A stretch of 64,000 nucleotides of DNA from an uncultured Coriobacteriales bacterium (GCA_934646835.1 CAKUES010000005.1:12860-76859); one strand, 5' to 3'; positions 35,630 through 44,423 are shown, counted from the stretch's first letter. Numbers and translations: made by a program. Notes: generated from the letters alone by a model not told the origin.

Positions 35630-36697
35630 TCAAAGCAGCTCGAGTGAGAGACCGTCGGTCTTCAGCACCGCGCCATCGCGCGTGAGGAGGACCGCCTCAA
35701 TCCCCGGCAACGCCCGCGCAAAGACCAACGCCCTGGCAGATCCGAGCGCCAGCAGGGTCGTGCTGTAGCCGTCTCCGTCGATTGAGTGCTCGCTGACGAC
35801 TGTCGCGCTGACAAGGTCCGTCTCAACCGGCAAACCCGCCAAAGGATCGAGCACATGGTGGTACACGATGCCGTCTTTCTCGAACGCACGCTCGTAAACG
35901 CCGCTCGTCACGACTGACTTGCCCCTCACCTCAACAACAGCGAAGGATCCCGAACCCTCGGCGCTGGGGCGCGGGGAGCGGATGCCGATTCTCCACGGCC
36001 TGCCCCCTTCCTTGCTCCCTAACGTCAGGATATTGCCACCCAAGTCGGTAATCGCCCGCTCAACCCCACGCGCGTGCAGCAGTTCGCCGAGTCTATCGGC
36101 GATATAACCCTTCGCTATCCCGCCCAGGTCGATCCATGCGCAGGGGTCGCCCAGCCATGCTACGTCACCGTCGACGTGAACCCTACGCCAATCGACATGC
36201 CGCAAGGCCTCGGCCAGCTCGGCTGCCTGCGGTACGCGACTCTCATGAAAGTCCCACAGCCTGCAGACAGAGCCCATGGTGATGTCGAAGCAGCCCTCGC
36301 TGCGCGCGCAATAGCCAAGCGCCTCCTCGATGAAATCCGCCAACTCCTGCGGCAGCGCCACATGGCGCCCGCAAGCATGGTTAAGCGCCCAAAGCGGTCC
36401 TTGCTCGTCAAAGCGGGAGAGCAAGCGCTCGTAATGCGTGCAAGCGGCACGGCAGGCCTCGAGCACAGAAGCATCATCCGTATCTGCCGTTATCTCGACA
36501 ACCGTGTCAAACGCCGTGAAGCAAATCGACTCCACAAGTCCCTCCCTCACTCGATGAGCCTCAAAATAACACGAGGGGCAGGACTCATGCCCCACCCCTC
36601 GCAAAACGCATTTATCGCAGACGAACCACTGCTCGATCTCCTTCTGGATGTCGTCAAGCGTAACGCTCCCGCGGTCTTCACTATGAGTTGTAGACAA
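35630..36697 (-). CDS. apbE: FAD:protein FMN transferase (ApbE family) with an N-terminal Cys-rich extension
   Basis: ApbE-like core (FDITMGSV, IDLGGIAKGY, HHVLDP, TVVSEHSIDGDGYST). There is no ATG near the 5' end, so TTG at 36697 is proposed. The upstream part of ORF 35630..36865 runs into a REP. Confidence 0.8.
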   Translation of the reverse strand: MSTTHSEDRGSVTLDDIQKEIEQWFVCDKCVLRGVGHESCPSCYFEAHRVREGLVESICFTAFDTVVEITADTDDASVLEACRAACTHYERLLSRFDEQGPLWALNHACGRHVALPQELADFIEEALGYCARSEGCFDITMGSVCRLWDFHESRVPQAAELAEALRHVDWRRVHVDGDVAWLGDPCAWIDLGGIAKGYIADRLGELLHARGVERAITDLGGNILTLGSKEGGRPWRIGIRSPRPSAEGSGSFAVVEVRGKSVVTSGVYERAFEKDGIVYHHVLDPLAGLPVETDLVSATVVSEHSIDGDGYSTTLLALGSARALVFARALPGIEAVLLTRDGAVLKTDGLSLELL

Positions 36698-36762
36698 ACT
36701 TCGCTGCGCACAATCGCCCTCAAGAGCGAGCTGTAGACACCCGCCAGCTCGACGCAACCTAT

Positions 36763-36788
36763 GGCGCCGACTGCGTCTGGCGCCTACG
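36763..36788 (-). repeat. REP-like hairpin, class B, plus TACG
   Basis: GGCGCCGACTGCGTCTGGCGCC followed by TACG. Confidence 0.85.
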
Positions 36789-36834
36789 TGAGGTCCGGGG
36801 CCCACAGATGCTGACGCGAAGCTCGCAGCGCTGG

Positions 36835-36948
36835 CGGGGAGGGGTCGGCGAAACGCCTCGCGCAACCGTCCCTCGTATAGTTGCGCGGAGCGCAGCGCAC
36901 GAGCCCGCAGGGCGAGCAGCGAAGCGGGCTTTCGCAGACCCCTCCCCG
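36835..36948. repeat. Family H composite palindrome
   Basis: CGGGGAGGGGTC (36835-36846) pairs with GACCCCTCCCCG (36937-36948). The inner GCGCAACC...GTTGCGCG.AGCG.AGCGCACGAGC is shared with 2641-2685. Confidence 0.75.
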
Positions 36949-36990
36949 ACGGCGCGGGCCACAGGTCTCTGCAGGCTCGATGCGACCTAT

Positions 36991-37016
36991 GGCGCCGACT
37001 GCGTCTGGCGCCTACG
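36991..37016 (-). repeat. REP-like hairpin, class B, plus TACG
   Basis: GGCGCCGACTGCGTCTGGCGCC followed by TACG. Confidence 0.85.
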
Positions 37017-37073
37017 TGTCCCCGCGGATCGATGATGTTGCTGCGAAAGCAGTCGAGGATTTGCGGCTGTGGG

Positions 37074-37119
37074 GCAAAGCAAAAAGGGCGAGACTTGCGT
37101 CTCGCCCTTTTTGCTTTGC
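37074..37119. terminator. Bidirectional intrinsic terminator
   Basis: GCAAAGCAAAAAGGGCGAGAC-TTGC-GTCTCGCCCTTTTTGCTTTGC. Confidence 0.85.
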
Positions 37120-37154
37120 AGATCTCGTTGAAGGGTCCGCATGTCTTTGAGGGG

Positions 37155-37330
37155 TTGGATCTCTAAGAAGAGAGAAGCCCCAGGCGCCGAAGAGGAGGGG
37201 CGCGCCTGGGGCTAACACCGTTGGTTTCCAAAGAGGAAAGGAAGAAGGAAACCGGTGTTATGAGGTGCCGGGTTGTTGAAGAGGGGACCCGGCGGTCGGG
37301 TTGTTGAAGAGAGGGGACCCGACCAAGTCA
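37155..37330 (-). ncRNA. Candidate structured sRNA with C/U-rich hairpin loops (6C-like architecture)
   Basis: The minus strand reads four consecutive hairpins: GGTCGGGT-CCCCTCTCTTCAACA-ACCCGACC; GCCGGGT-CCCCTCTTCAACA-ACCCGGC; TAACACCGGTTTCC-(CU-rich loop)-GGAAACCAACGGTGTTA; and GCCCCAGGCGC...GCGCCTGGGGC followed by TTCTCTCTTCTT. Structure only; no homology search was run. Confidence 0.4.
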
Positions 37331-37483
37331 GCTGCTTGATTTCTGACACTGAGCACTTTACGCAGAAACCCCCGGTAGAGCATCACACAAAAATGGTGAT
37401 TGCCTATTTACCCATTAACAGGCGAGCTTTTTACACCCTGATAGAGGGTAATTGGGGAGAAAACCGCCCAAAAAGGACGTGCG

Positions 37484-38232
37484 TTAATCAGCGACAGTGA
37501 TTCTGGCATGGTTGAGAAGATACTCAGACGCCACATGGCGCTCTGCAGTCTCTCGCAAAATAAACTTGCGACCCGTCTCCTCAAGAAGTTTGCGAGTCTG
37601 CGCAGAGTCCGCCTTGGGGTTGATCTGTCGCGCCGCCTCGTCAAAATCGCTCTCGTCGACCTTGAGACCCTCGTATACAAACAGCGCATCGAGCACGTAG
37701 CCCTCGACCAACTTTCCATCTCGAGCAGCACTGCGTCCCCGCTCTCGACCGCGCGATCCTGATCAGCAGCGCGCACGTACTCCGTGTTGCGCTTGGCGAT
37801 CTCCTCGATCTGGCGGTCGATGAGCGTCGTGTCCATCTCGAACTTTGGGACAGTGACCTCGACGGGATCATAGGAGGACAGCTCGTAGCGCTGCTTGGGC
37901 TGCACTTCGAGCGTGAAACTCGCTTCCTGGCCGCGGCGCAAAGCGGAGCACTCGGTCACTGCAGGCGGATAGGCCGGCATGAGGCCACTCTTGTCAATCG
38001 CATAGGGAATGAGCGCCTCGAGGGCGGAGTTGCGCACGGCGCTGTAAAGGTCCTTGATGCCAAGCTGTTCCTCGACAGCCTGGTTCACGGTCTTTCCATG
38101 CTCGGGCTTGAGGCCCATGCTGTTCACGAAAGTCAGATACGCAGTCGCGAAGGCGTCTTCGACTTCCTTTACCGTCGCTCGTGCGCTCAACGCGATCTTG
38201 CCCTAATCAAGCTTCTTCTCGGTGAGTTTCAT
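37484..38232 (-). pseudogene. Trigger-factor-like (N- and C-domain, no PPIase) gene inactivated by an in-frame TAG and a 1-nt frameshift
   Basis: The frame reads MKLTEKKLD-TAG(38205-38203)-GKIALSARATVKEVEDAF.... It breaks after ...AVLLEMES near 37712 (GAAAG run) and continues in the -1 frame as LVEGYVLDALFVYEGLKVDESDF (ORF 37484..37711). Confidence 0.75.
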
Positions 38233-38334
38233 AGCCAGCCTCTCTCTCGAAGGTGAATCTCATGAACTCGATACTAGGGAGAAGCGCGCGCCATACCACC
38301 ACCGCAAGGAGTGAAATACACTCTAAAAGCAGCG

Positions 38335-38367
38335 GCGCCCTCTCATACCAATGGCATGAGAGGGCGC
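38335..38367. terminator. Stem-loop with flanking A- and T-tracts downstream of the flavoenzyme gene
   Basis: GCGCCCTCTCAT-ACCAATGGC-ATGAGAGGGCGC, flanked by AAAAGCAGCG and TTTG. Confidence 0.65.
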
Positions 38368-38430
38368 TTTGACCTGCAGAAACACAAAACTAGCTATACC
38401 GCTCGCCCCTCTTAGAGCGAGCTTGGTCTC

Positions 38431-38549
38431 CCAGGGAAATGCTGATTAATGCGAGGCTTATGGGGAGGGACTTCGGTCCCTCCCCTACGTAACCAGCGGT
38501 TTTGCTAATCGTATGCGGAAAGCATCTCCCTTAATGAGCGTTTCCCTAG
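38431..38549 (+). mobile_element. MITE-like element, copy 2 (loop variant TTCG); abuts and supplies the stop codon of the adjacent gene
   Basis: CCAGGGAAATGCTGATTAATGCGAGG...GGGGAGGGACTTCGGTCCCTCCCCTACG...CTTAATGAGCGTTTCCCTAG. The terminal CTAG contains the TAG stop of CDS 38546..40498. Confidence 0.85.
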
Positions 38550-40498
38550 ATGTCCAGCGCGGCGTGAAAGGCTTCATAAGTCGCGTCGGTAATGGTGCGC
38601 GCCGACACCGCATCGCCGACAACGCGGACGAAGGGCGCGCTGTAACGCAGCTGCTCGACGACATCCTCGCGCGAGCGCTGGCCGAGCGCGCAGACCACGG
38701 TGTCTGCCTCGACAAAACGTTCCTCGCCCTCGGCATTGGACAGCAAGACACCATCAGCCTTGACCTCCTTGCCGCGGAAGCCCTGGTGCACGTGGATGCC
38801 CGCCTTCTCGATCTCTGCGAGCAGGATGGGGCGCTGGCGGATGTTGCAGTCCTTGGCAAGCGGGCTGCGCTGGGCGATGTGGACCTCCTTGCCCTTCGAT
38901 GCCATGAGCAGCGCGCACTCGCAGCCGGTCAGGCCTCCACCCATGATGAAGACCCTCTCCCCCACCTCGGCGCCATCGAGGTAGATGTCGTCAACCTGCA
39001 ACACCTGAGCGCCATCTGCAACGGGCATGGGCGGCTTCACGGCTTCGCTGCCCACCGCGATGATGACCGCATCGGGGTTGACTGCCTCGACATATGCCTC
39101 GCCAACCTCCGTATTAAGGCGGATCTCGACGCCCTCGCGTTCACACAGGCGCGCATAGGTCACGCCAAGCTCGTACATGTCGTGCTTGAAGGGAATCGCC
39201 CACTCGGCGCGCAGGATGCCGCCGAGCTCGCCTTCGGCCTCGCACAGAATCGTCTCATGGCCTCGCTGCTTGGCAGTGATCGCCGCCACCATGCCAGCAA
39301 TACCACCGCCGATGACGAGCACGCGCTTGCGGCGGTGCTGCGACACGGGGATGACCTCGTAGCCCTCGAGCTCGCGGCCGATGAGCGGATTCACCGCGCA
39401 ACGACGCGTCTGGGTCATCGCGCGCTCCGCCATGCACACATAGCAGCGCAGGCACTTGACGACCTCGTCGCCCTTGTTCGCCATCACCTTGTTGGGGAGC
39501 ATGTGGTCGGCAAGCAGGGCGCGGCCCATGTAGATGAGGTCAGCCTGACCGGAGGCGATGATCTCCTCCATCTGAGCGGGGTCGCTCAGACCGCCGAGCG
39601 TGGCGACGGGTTTGGAGACGTGCTTCTTGATCTCTGCCGCAAGGTAGACGTTGCAGCCGTGCTCGCGGAACATGCTCGGATGGGTGATGCCAAAGCCAAA
39701 CTGGTAGCTGCCGGCGGAGACGTGGATGAGATCGCAGTAGTCCTCGAGCGCCTGGGCGATGCGCACGCCTTCGTCGAGGTCGTAGCCGCCGTCGAAGAGC
39801 TCGCTGCCGCTCATGCGGATCTCGATCGGGAAGTCCTTGCCGCACTTCTCGCGAATGGCGATAAGCACCTCGCGAGCAAGGCGCGTGCGGTTCTCAAAGC
39901 TGCCGCCGTACTCGTCGGTGCGCTTGTTGAAGTACGGGCTCAAAAACTGGTTGATCAGCCAGCCGTGGCCGCAGTGCAGCATGCACATCTGAAAACCAGC
40001 GCGCTCGGCAAGCGCCGCTCCCTCGGCATAGGCAGCGACGATATCGTCGATCTGCTCCTTGGTGAGGGCCTTGACCTTCATGCCGTCGGGACGCACGCCG
40101 TCGCTGGGTCCGTACTGGCACAAATCGCCCTTGCCGTCCTTGTCGACCATGTAGGTGCCGGCATACTGACCGGAGTGTGACAGCTCAATGCTGGGGATGG
40201 AGCCGTGACGGCGGATCGCATCGGCAACGTAGGTGAAGGCGCCGAGCTGGCCGATGTTCTTAAGGTTGAGATGCAACATCTGCGAGCCGTCGGTCTCAGG
40301 GTGGACGACAAGCTCTGAGACGGTGACGATGGCGGCACCGCCCTTGGCGCGGGCTTCGTAAAAGCCCTGCGTGCGCGGCCCGGGTGTTCCGTCCTTGTCG
40401 ATGTCAGTCGCACCCATAGGCGCCGAGCACATGCGGTTGTGCAGGGTCAGGTTGCCGACCTTAAGCGATTTGCACAGATTTGGGTAGTCAAGCTTCAT
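38546..40498 (-). CDS. OYE-family NADH:flavin oxidoreductase fused to an FAD/NAD(P) domain (2,4-dienoyl-CoA / enoate reductase type)
   Basis: N-terminal TIM-barrel OYE motifs (HNRMCSAPMG, ELSHSG, HCGHGWLINQFLSP), the Fe-S motif CLRCYVCM...C, and the dinucleotide motifs VLVIGGGIAGM and VFIMGGGLTGCE. Confidence 0.88.
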   Translation of the reverse strand: MKLDYPNLCKSLKVGNLTLHNRMCSAPMGATDIDKDGTPGPRTQGFYEARAKGGAAIVTVSELVVHPETDGSQMLHLNLKNIGQLGAFTYVADAIRRHGSIPSIELSHSGQYAGTYMVDKDGKGDLCQYGPSDGVRPDGMKVKALTKEQIDDIVAAYAEGAALAERAGFQMCMLHCGHGWLINQFLSPYFNKRTDEYGGSFENRTRLAREVLIAIREKCGKDFPIEIRMSGSELFDGGYDLDEGVRIAQALEDYCDLIHVSAGSYQFGFGITHPSMFREHGCNVYLAAEIKKHVSKPVATLGGLSDPAQMEEIIASGQADLIYMGRALLADHMLPNKVMANKGDEVVKCLRCYVCMAERAMTQTRRCAVNPLIGRELEGYEVIPVSQHRRKRVLVIGGGIAGMVAAITAKQRGHETILCEAEGELGGILRAEWAIPFKHDMYELGVTYARLCEREGVEIRLNTEVGEAYVEAVNPDAVIIAVGSEAVKPPMPVADGAQVLQVDDIYLDGAEVGERVFIMGGGLTGCECALLMASKGKEVHIAQRSPLAKDCNIRQRPILLAEIEKAGIHVHQGFRGKEVKADGVLLSNAEGEERFVEADTVVCALGQRSREDVVEQLRYSAPFVRVVGDAVSARTITDATYEAFHAALDI

Positions 40499-40606
40499 TG
40501 ATTGCAGTCCTTCCTCTCCTCAAAAAAGACAACGCATGCATTTTAGTTCGCATGCGTTGTCTTGCCGAGCACCCAAGTTGGGTGATTTTGTGGTTATAGG
40601 GCTGCG

Positions 40607-40642
40607 TGTGACACACTTTGTGCCAGTGACATTGTGTGTCAC
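40607..40642. repeat. Family D hairpin unit (type 1: TT/TT bubble, loop GCCAGTG)
   Basis: GTGACACACTTTGTGCCAGTGACATTGTGTGTCAC. Confidence 0.85.
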
Positions 40643-40699
40643 CAAATCCGTCATTCTGAGCGTTGACCCGCAGAACAACCTTTGATTGTGTGCTGTGCT

Positions 40700-41374
40700 T
40701 TAGATAGCGTCGACAAACCAGCGGGTGATGCTGGTGGGATGGGTGATCGCCGTGCCGACGACGCAGGCAAAGGCGCCGTTCTCGAAAGCCTCGTGCAGCT
40801 GAGCGGGCGTGTGGATACGACCCTCGCAAATGACGGGGGTGTCGCCAGCGATAGCGACGGCCTCGCGCAGCAGCTCGAAGTCCGGGCCCTCGGTCTTCTC
40901 GCGGCCACCGGGCACGTAGCCGGCCATGGTCGTGGAGACAATGTCGCAACCAGCAGCAAGACCGCGCTTGATGTCCTCGATGCAGGAGCAGTCGGCCATC
41001 GTCAGGATGCCCTCCTCCTTGCACTGGGCGACGATCTCCTCGAAGGTCTCGCCGTTGGGGCGGGGGCGGTCAGTCGCGTCGAGTGCGACAACATCAGCGC
41101 CGGCAAGGCTGCAGGCGCGCGCATGGCGCATGGTCGGGGTGATGTAGACACCCTCGTGGCCCTCCTTCCAGATGCCGATAATCGGCACCTCGACCTGGCC
41201 CTTGATCGCGGAGATGTCAGAGAGGCCCTGGCAACGGATAGCAGCAGCACCACCCTGCTCAGCAGCAAGCGCCATCTGGGCCATGGTCTCAGGATGGCGC
41301 ATGGGCTCGCCAACGTATGCCTGGCAGCTCACCACGAGCTTGCCACGGAACTGCTCGATAATCGGATGAGTCAT
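40700..41374 (-). CDS. nanE: N-acetylmannosamine-6-phosphate 2-epimerase
   Basis: LVVSCQA, PIIGIWK, DATDRPRP and STTMAGY are NanE-like motifs. Confidence 0.9.
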   Translation of the reverse strand: MTHPIIEQFRGKLVVSCQAYVGEPMRHPETMAQMALAAEQGGAAAIRCQGLSDISAIKGQVEVPIIGIWKEGHEGVYITPTMRHARACSLAGADVVALDATDRPRPNGETFEEIVAQCKEEGILTMADCSCIEDIKRGLAAGCDIVSTTMAGYVPGGREKTEGPDFELLREAVAIAGDTPVICEGRIHTPAQLHEAFENGAFACVVGTAITHPTSITRWFVDAI

Positions 41375-41449
41375 CGTTTTCTCCTATCGCTTGCTACCGC
41401 ACACGCGGCAGATTGATTTGATTCCAAGATAATGCAGGACCCTGCTCTT

Positions 41450-41580
41450 CGTAGGGGAGGGACCCTGTCCCTCCCCTTGAACCCTGCAGGTTCATAGCGG
41501 CAAAGCCCCAATACGCTACGTTGCACGATTCCCGCTGTCATCGCATGGGATATGGGGAGGGACAGGGTCCCTCCCCTACG
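41450..41580. repeat. Inverted pair of class A REP hairpins (about 131 bp unit)
   Basis: CGTAGGGGAGGGACCCTGTCCCTCCCC (41450-41476) and GGGGAGGGACAGGGTCCCTCCCCTACG (41554-41580) face each other across 77 bp. Confidence 0.9.
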
Positions 41581-41610
41581 AAGGACAACGCCCCGCAAGC
41601 AGCCTCATCC

Positions 41611-42561
41611 CTACGCGATTGCGTCGAGGAGGTTTTCCGCTGCGCCGATGAGCGGGGCGTCACCCCCGAGCTCAGCCTCGAGGATGGGCGTGTCGAGCAT
41701 GGGGACCATCGCCTGCGCGCGGTAGCCTTCCTCGAGCGCCGCGCGCCAGATGGGACCTGCCTTGGTAACGGTGCCTGTGAGGACGATTGCCGCAGGGTCG
41801 AGGATATTGACCATGGAAGCGATTGCCTCGCCAAGGGTGCGACCAGCAAGTGCGAGCGTCTCGCGCGCTTTGTCCTCCCCTGCCTGCGCCCTACGGGAAA
41901 CCTCGCCACCGTCGGTTGCGGGGTCGAAGGCAGGATCCATCATGGAAACACCCTGGTAGAGCGCGCCGATGCCCGTGCCGCTCGTCACAGACTCGACATG
42001 ACCGTCAGCACCACATGCACAGGTGTAGCCTGTCGCCGCAGGGTGCGTGATGTGGCCGATGTGGCCAGCCGCACCGTGCGCGCCGCGCATGACCCTGCCG
42101 TCAACCACATAGGCACCGCCCATGCCGGTTCCAGCAGCGACAAACAGGCAGCTTGAGAGCCCCTGAGCGCCGCCCCAACGCGTCTCGCCGAGCGCATGGC
42201 CGTGGACATCGCCCATGGCCGCAACGGGAAGACCGCATGCCTCGCGCACGGCAGCTGCCAGAGGTTGACCGCTCCAGCCAGGCATGATCTCGTTGGCGTA
42301 GAAAACGCTGCCGTCATCGGGGCTGATGCAGCCCGCTGCCGCGATGCCGATGCCTACAGGCGCCCCCTCGCTAGCTGCGATCATCTCGCGCACGACGTCG
42401 ATGACAGATGCCAAGACAGCCTCGCCTCCGCGACGGGCATCTGTCGGAGTCGAGGTACGCGCAATGACCTGCGGCGCAGCACCGTCAGCCTCATAGTGCA
42501 CCAGCGCGCCGGCGATCTTCGTGCCGCCCAAATCGACAGCCACAACATTGCAGGGCTTCAT
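41611..42561 (-). CDS. nanK: ROK-family sugar kinase (N-acetylmannosamine kinase by context)
   Basis: VAVDLGGTKIAG, the ROK zinc motif CACGADGHVE, and a position between nanA and nanE. Start at MKPCNVV (42561). Confidence 0.8.
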   Translation of the reverse strand: MKPCNVVAVDLGGTKIAGALVHYEADGAAPQVIARTSTPTDARRGGEAVLASVIDVVREMIAASEGAPVGIGIAAAGCISPDDGSVFYANEIMPGWSGQPLAAAVREACGLPVAAMGDVHGHALGETRWGGAQGLSSCLFVAAGTGMGGAYVVDGRVMRGAHGAAGHIGHITHPAATGYTCACGADGHVESVTSGTGIGALYQGVSMMDPAFDPATDGGEVSRRAQAGEDKARETLALAGRTLGEAIASMVNILDPAAIVLTGTVTKAGPIWRAALEEGYRAQAMVPMLDTPILEAELGGDAPLIGAAENLLDAIA

Positions 42562-42683
42562 TGCCACCATCCTTACCGTTACTTGCTTACACATCGCAGC
42601 CCCTTGCAGGCTGCCACTTCACTCGCAGGAGAGGAGCTAGCTAAACATACGCTAACTGCACACGAGCATCGCCACCACTCCAC

Positions 42684-42821
42684 CGTAGGGGAAGGACCCT
42701 GTCCCTCCCCATATGCCATGCAACAATCCGAAAGCCCACACACAAGACAAGCACGCTTCAAAACAGCATGGCTCGTTGACAACACAGCACTCCCAGGGAG
42801 GGACAGGGTCCCTCCCCTACG
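42684..42821. repeat. Inverted pair of class A REP hairpins
   Basis: CGTAGGGGAAGGACCCTGTCCCTCCCC (42684-42710) and GGGAGGGACAGGGTCCCTCCCCTACG (42796-42821). Confidence 0.9.
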
Positions 42822-42978
42822 AAATCAAGCTCCCAATCTGGTGCTTCTGCGCAGGCGCCGCAGCACCGATAACGTCACGGCGCGCCCAATCGGACACGGC
42901 GCGCTCTGGCGCAAAGAAGGGGCATACCAATCGGCACGCCCCTCCCCTAATGAATCATATGGACTTTGCTCCCGCAGC

Positions 42979-43926
42979 TTACATGCGGGGAGCAGCAGCG
43001 ACGTCCATGAGGCCGGCGCGCTTGAGGACGCGAACGATCTCGACGACGTCGTCGCCAACCAGCGGCTGAACCGGCTCGCGCATCTGGTTGGTGTTGAAGA
43101 TACCCATCTGCCACAGCGCGGTCTTGAAGGCGCCGACGCCAGCGCCAAAGCCGACGGTGGCCTGAACGCGGCGGGTGACGAACATCAGGCGTGCGAGGTA
43201 GTCCTGCTTCTCGCGGACGGTATCCCAGTCGCCAACCTGAGCGGCATTCCACATCTCGACGTACTCCTTGGGAGCCAGGTTTGCGAGACCGGGGACGGAG
43301 CCGTCAGCGCCGCCGAGGTATGCGCCGTCGACGACGACCTCATGGCCGGTGAGCAGCTGCAGGGGATGACCGGCGTCCTCGTTCTCCAACATCAGCCAGC
43401 GGAAGGAGACGTCATCACCAGAGGAGTCCTTGACACCGGCGAGGACGCCGTCGTTGCCCAGACGGACGAGCATGGTCGGGTCCAGCTTGGTGTGGACGCA
43501 AACGGGCAGGTCGTAGGCGAACAAGGGAATGTCGTTGGTGTGCTCGCGCAGAACGCGGAAGTGGCGCTCGTTCTCCTTGGGGCCGCCCAGGGCATAGAAG
43601 GGAGCGGTTGCAACGAGGCCGTCGATGTCGAAGTCGCGGGTGCGCTCGATCTGCTTGATGACGCGGTTGGTCTCCATGTCGATGACGCCGGCCAGGACCG
43701 GGACGCGATGGTCGACAATACGCACGGCCTCCTCGAGGACCTGGTAGCGTTGCTCGTCGTTAAGGAAGGCGACCTCGCCAGAGGAACCGAGGAAGAACAG
43801 ACCGTGGACACCGCCGTCGATCATGTGGTTGATGGAGCGCTCGAAAGCCTCGACATCCAACTGGCGGTTGGCATCCAGGGGAACGACAACCGGCGGGATA
43901 ACGCCGCGGAACTTAGAATCTGCCAT
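42979..43926 (-). CDS. nanA: DapA-family aldolase, N-acetylneuraminate lyase by context
   Basis: IPPVVVPL, FFLGSSGEVAFL, and a DHDPS/NAL-like fold pattern. Clustered with nanK and nanE. Confidence 0.75.
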   Translation of the reverse strand: MADSKFRGVIPPVVVPLDANRQLDVEAFERSINHMIDGGVHGLFFLGSSGEVAFLNDEQRYQVLEEAVRIVDHRVPVLAGVIDMETNRVIKQIERTRDFDIDGLVATAPFYALGGPKENERHFRVLREHTNDIPLFAYDLPVCVHTKLDPTMLVRLGNDGVLAGVKDSSGDDVSFRWLMLENEDAGHPLQLLTGHEVVVDGAYLGGADGSVPGLANLAPKEYVEMWNAAQVGDWDTVREKQDYLARLMFVTRRVQATVGFGAGVGAFKTALWQMGIFNTNQMREPVQPLVGDDVVEIVRVLKRAGLMDVAAAPRM

Positions 43927-44057
43927 GAGGCGACCTCTCTCTGTTTAGTCAAAATCACTGCGCGAAAACGCGCTCACAAAAGTATGACGCTCGAGCCGCC
44001 AAATGCAAGAACCGATTTGCAGAACTTGCCCCATACGACCAGCTGAGACGCACTTTT

Positions 44058-44423
44058 CTAAGCTTCAGCCTCAGCTGCTGCCTGCTCGGCAGCCGCCTTA
44101 TCCTCGCCAATGCTCATCAACGCGATGCCGGCGACGACTGCCACCATGCCAATGCCGATGACCAGCGAGAACGGGTCGTCCCAAATGACGATGCCCACGA
44201 CGGTGGTGAGCATCGTGCCGGCGCCTCCCCAGATGCCATACACCAGGCCTAGGCTCATCTCCTTGAGCATGAGGGTGAGCAAGGAAAAGGACACAACGTA
44301 GCCGACAATCGTCAACACCAAGAAGCTGGGATGCGTAAAACCCTCAGAAAGCTTGAGAGAGGTTGTGGCGATAAGCTCAGAGATGATTGCCACAACCATG
44401 TAGAGAACACACTTGCCATGCAT
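44058..44423 (-). CDS. SMR-family (EmrE/Qac-like) small multidrug efflux subunit
   Basis: 121 aa with four TM segments. The conserved membrane Glu lies in ISELIATTSLK. Confidence 0.8.
   Translation of the reverse strand: MHGKCVLYMVVAIISELIATTSLKLSEGFTHPSFLVLTIVGYVVSFSLLTLMLKEMSLGLVYGIWGGAGTMLTTVVGIVIWDDPFSLVIGIGMVAVVAGIALMSIGEDKAAAEQAAAEAEA

Noticed and set aside
36698-36865. The N-terminal 56 codons of ORF 35630..36865 (ApbE) starting at an ATG.
   Set aside because: This part translates a class B REP and its flank (GPGPHVGARRSRRHR). The same peptide-like string recurs wherever the REP lies in an open frame, for example in ORFs 497..685 and 1704..1967.
38203-38205. The in-frame TAG in the trigger-factor-like gene as a possible pyrrolysine or readthrough codon.
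   Set aside because: The same gene also has a frameshift. No pyl genes or context are visible, and codon 10 of a chaperone N-domain is not a plausible Pyl site. A pseudogene is the simpler explanation.
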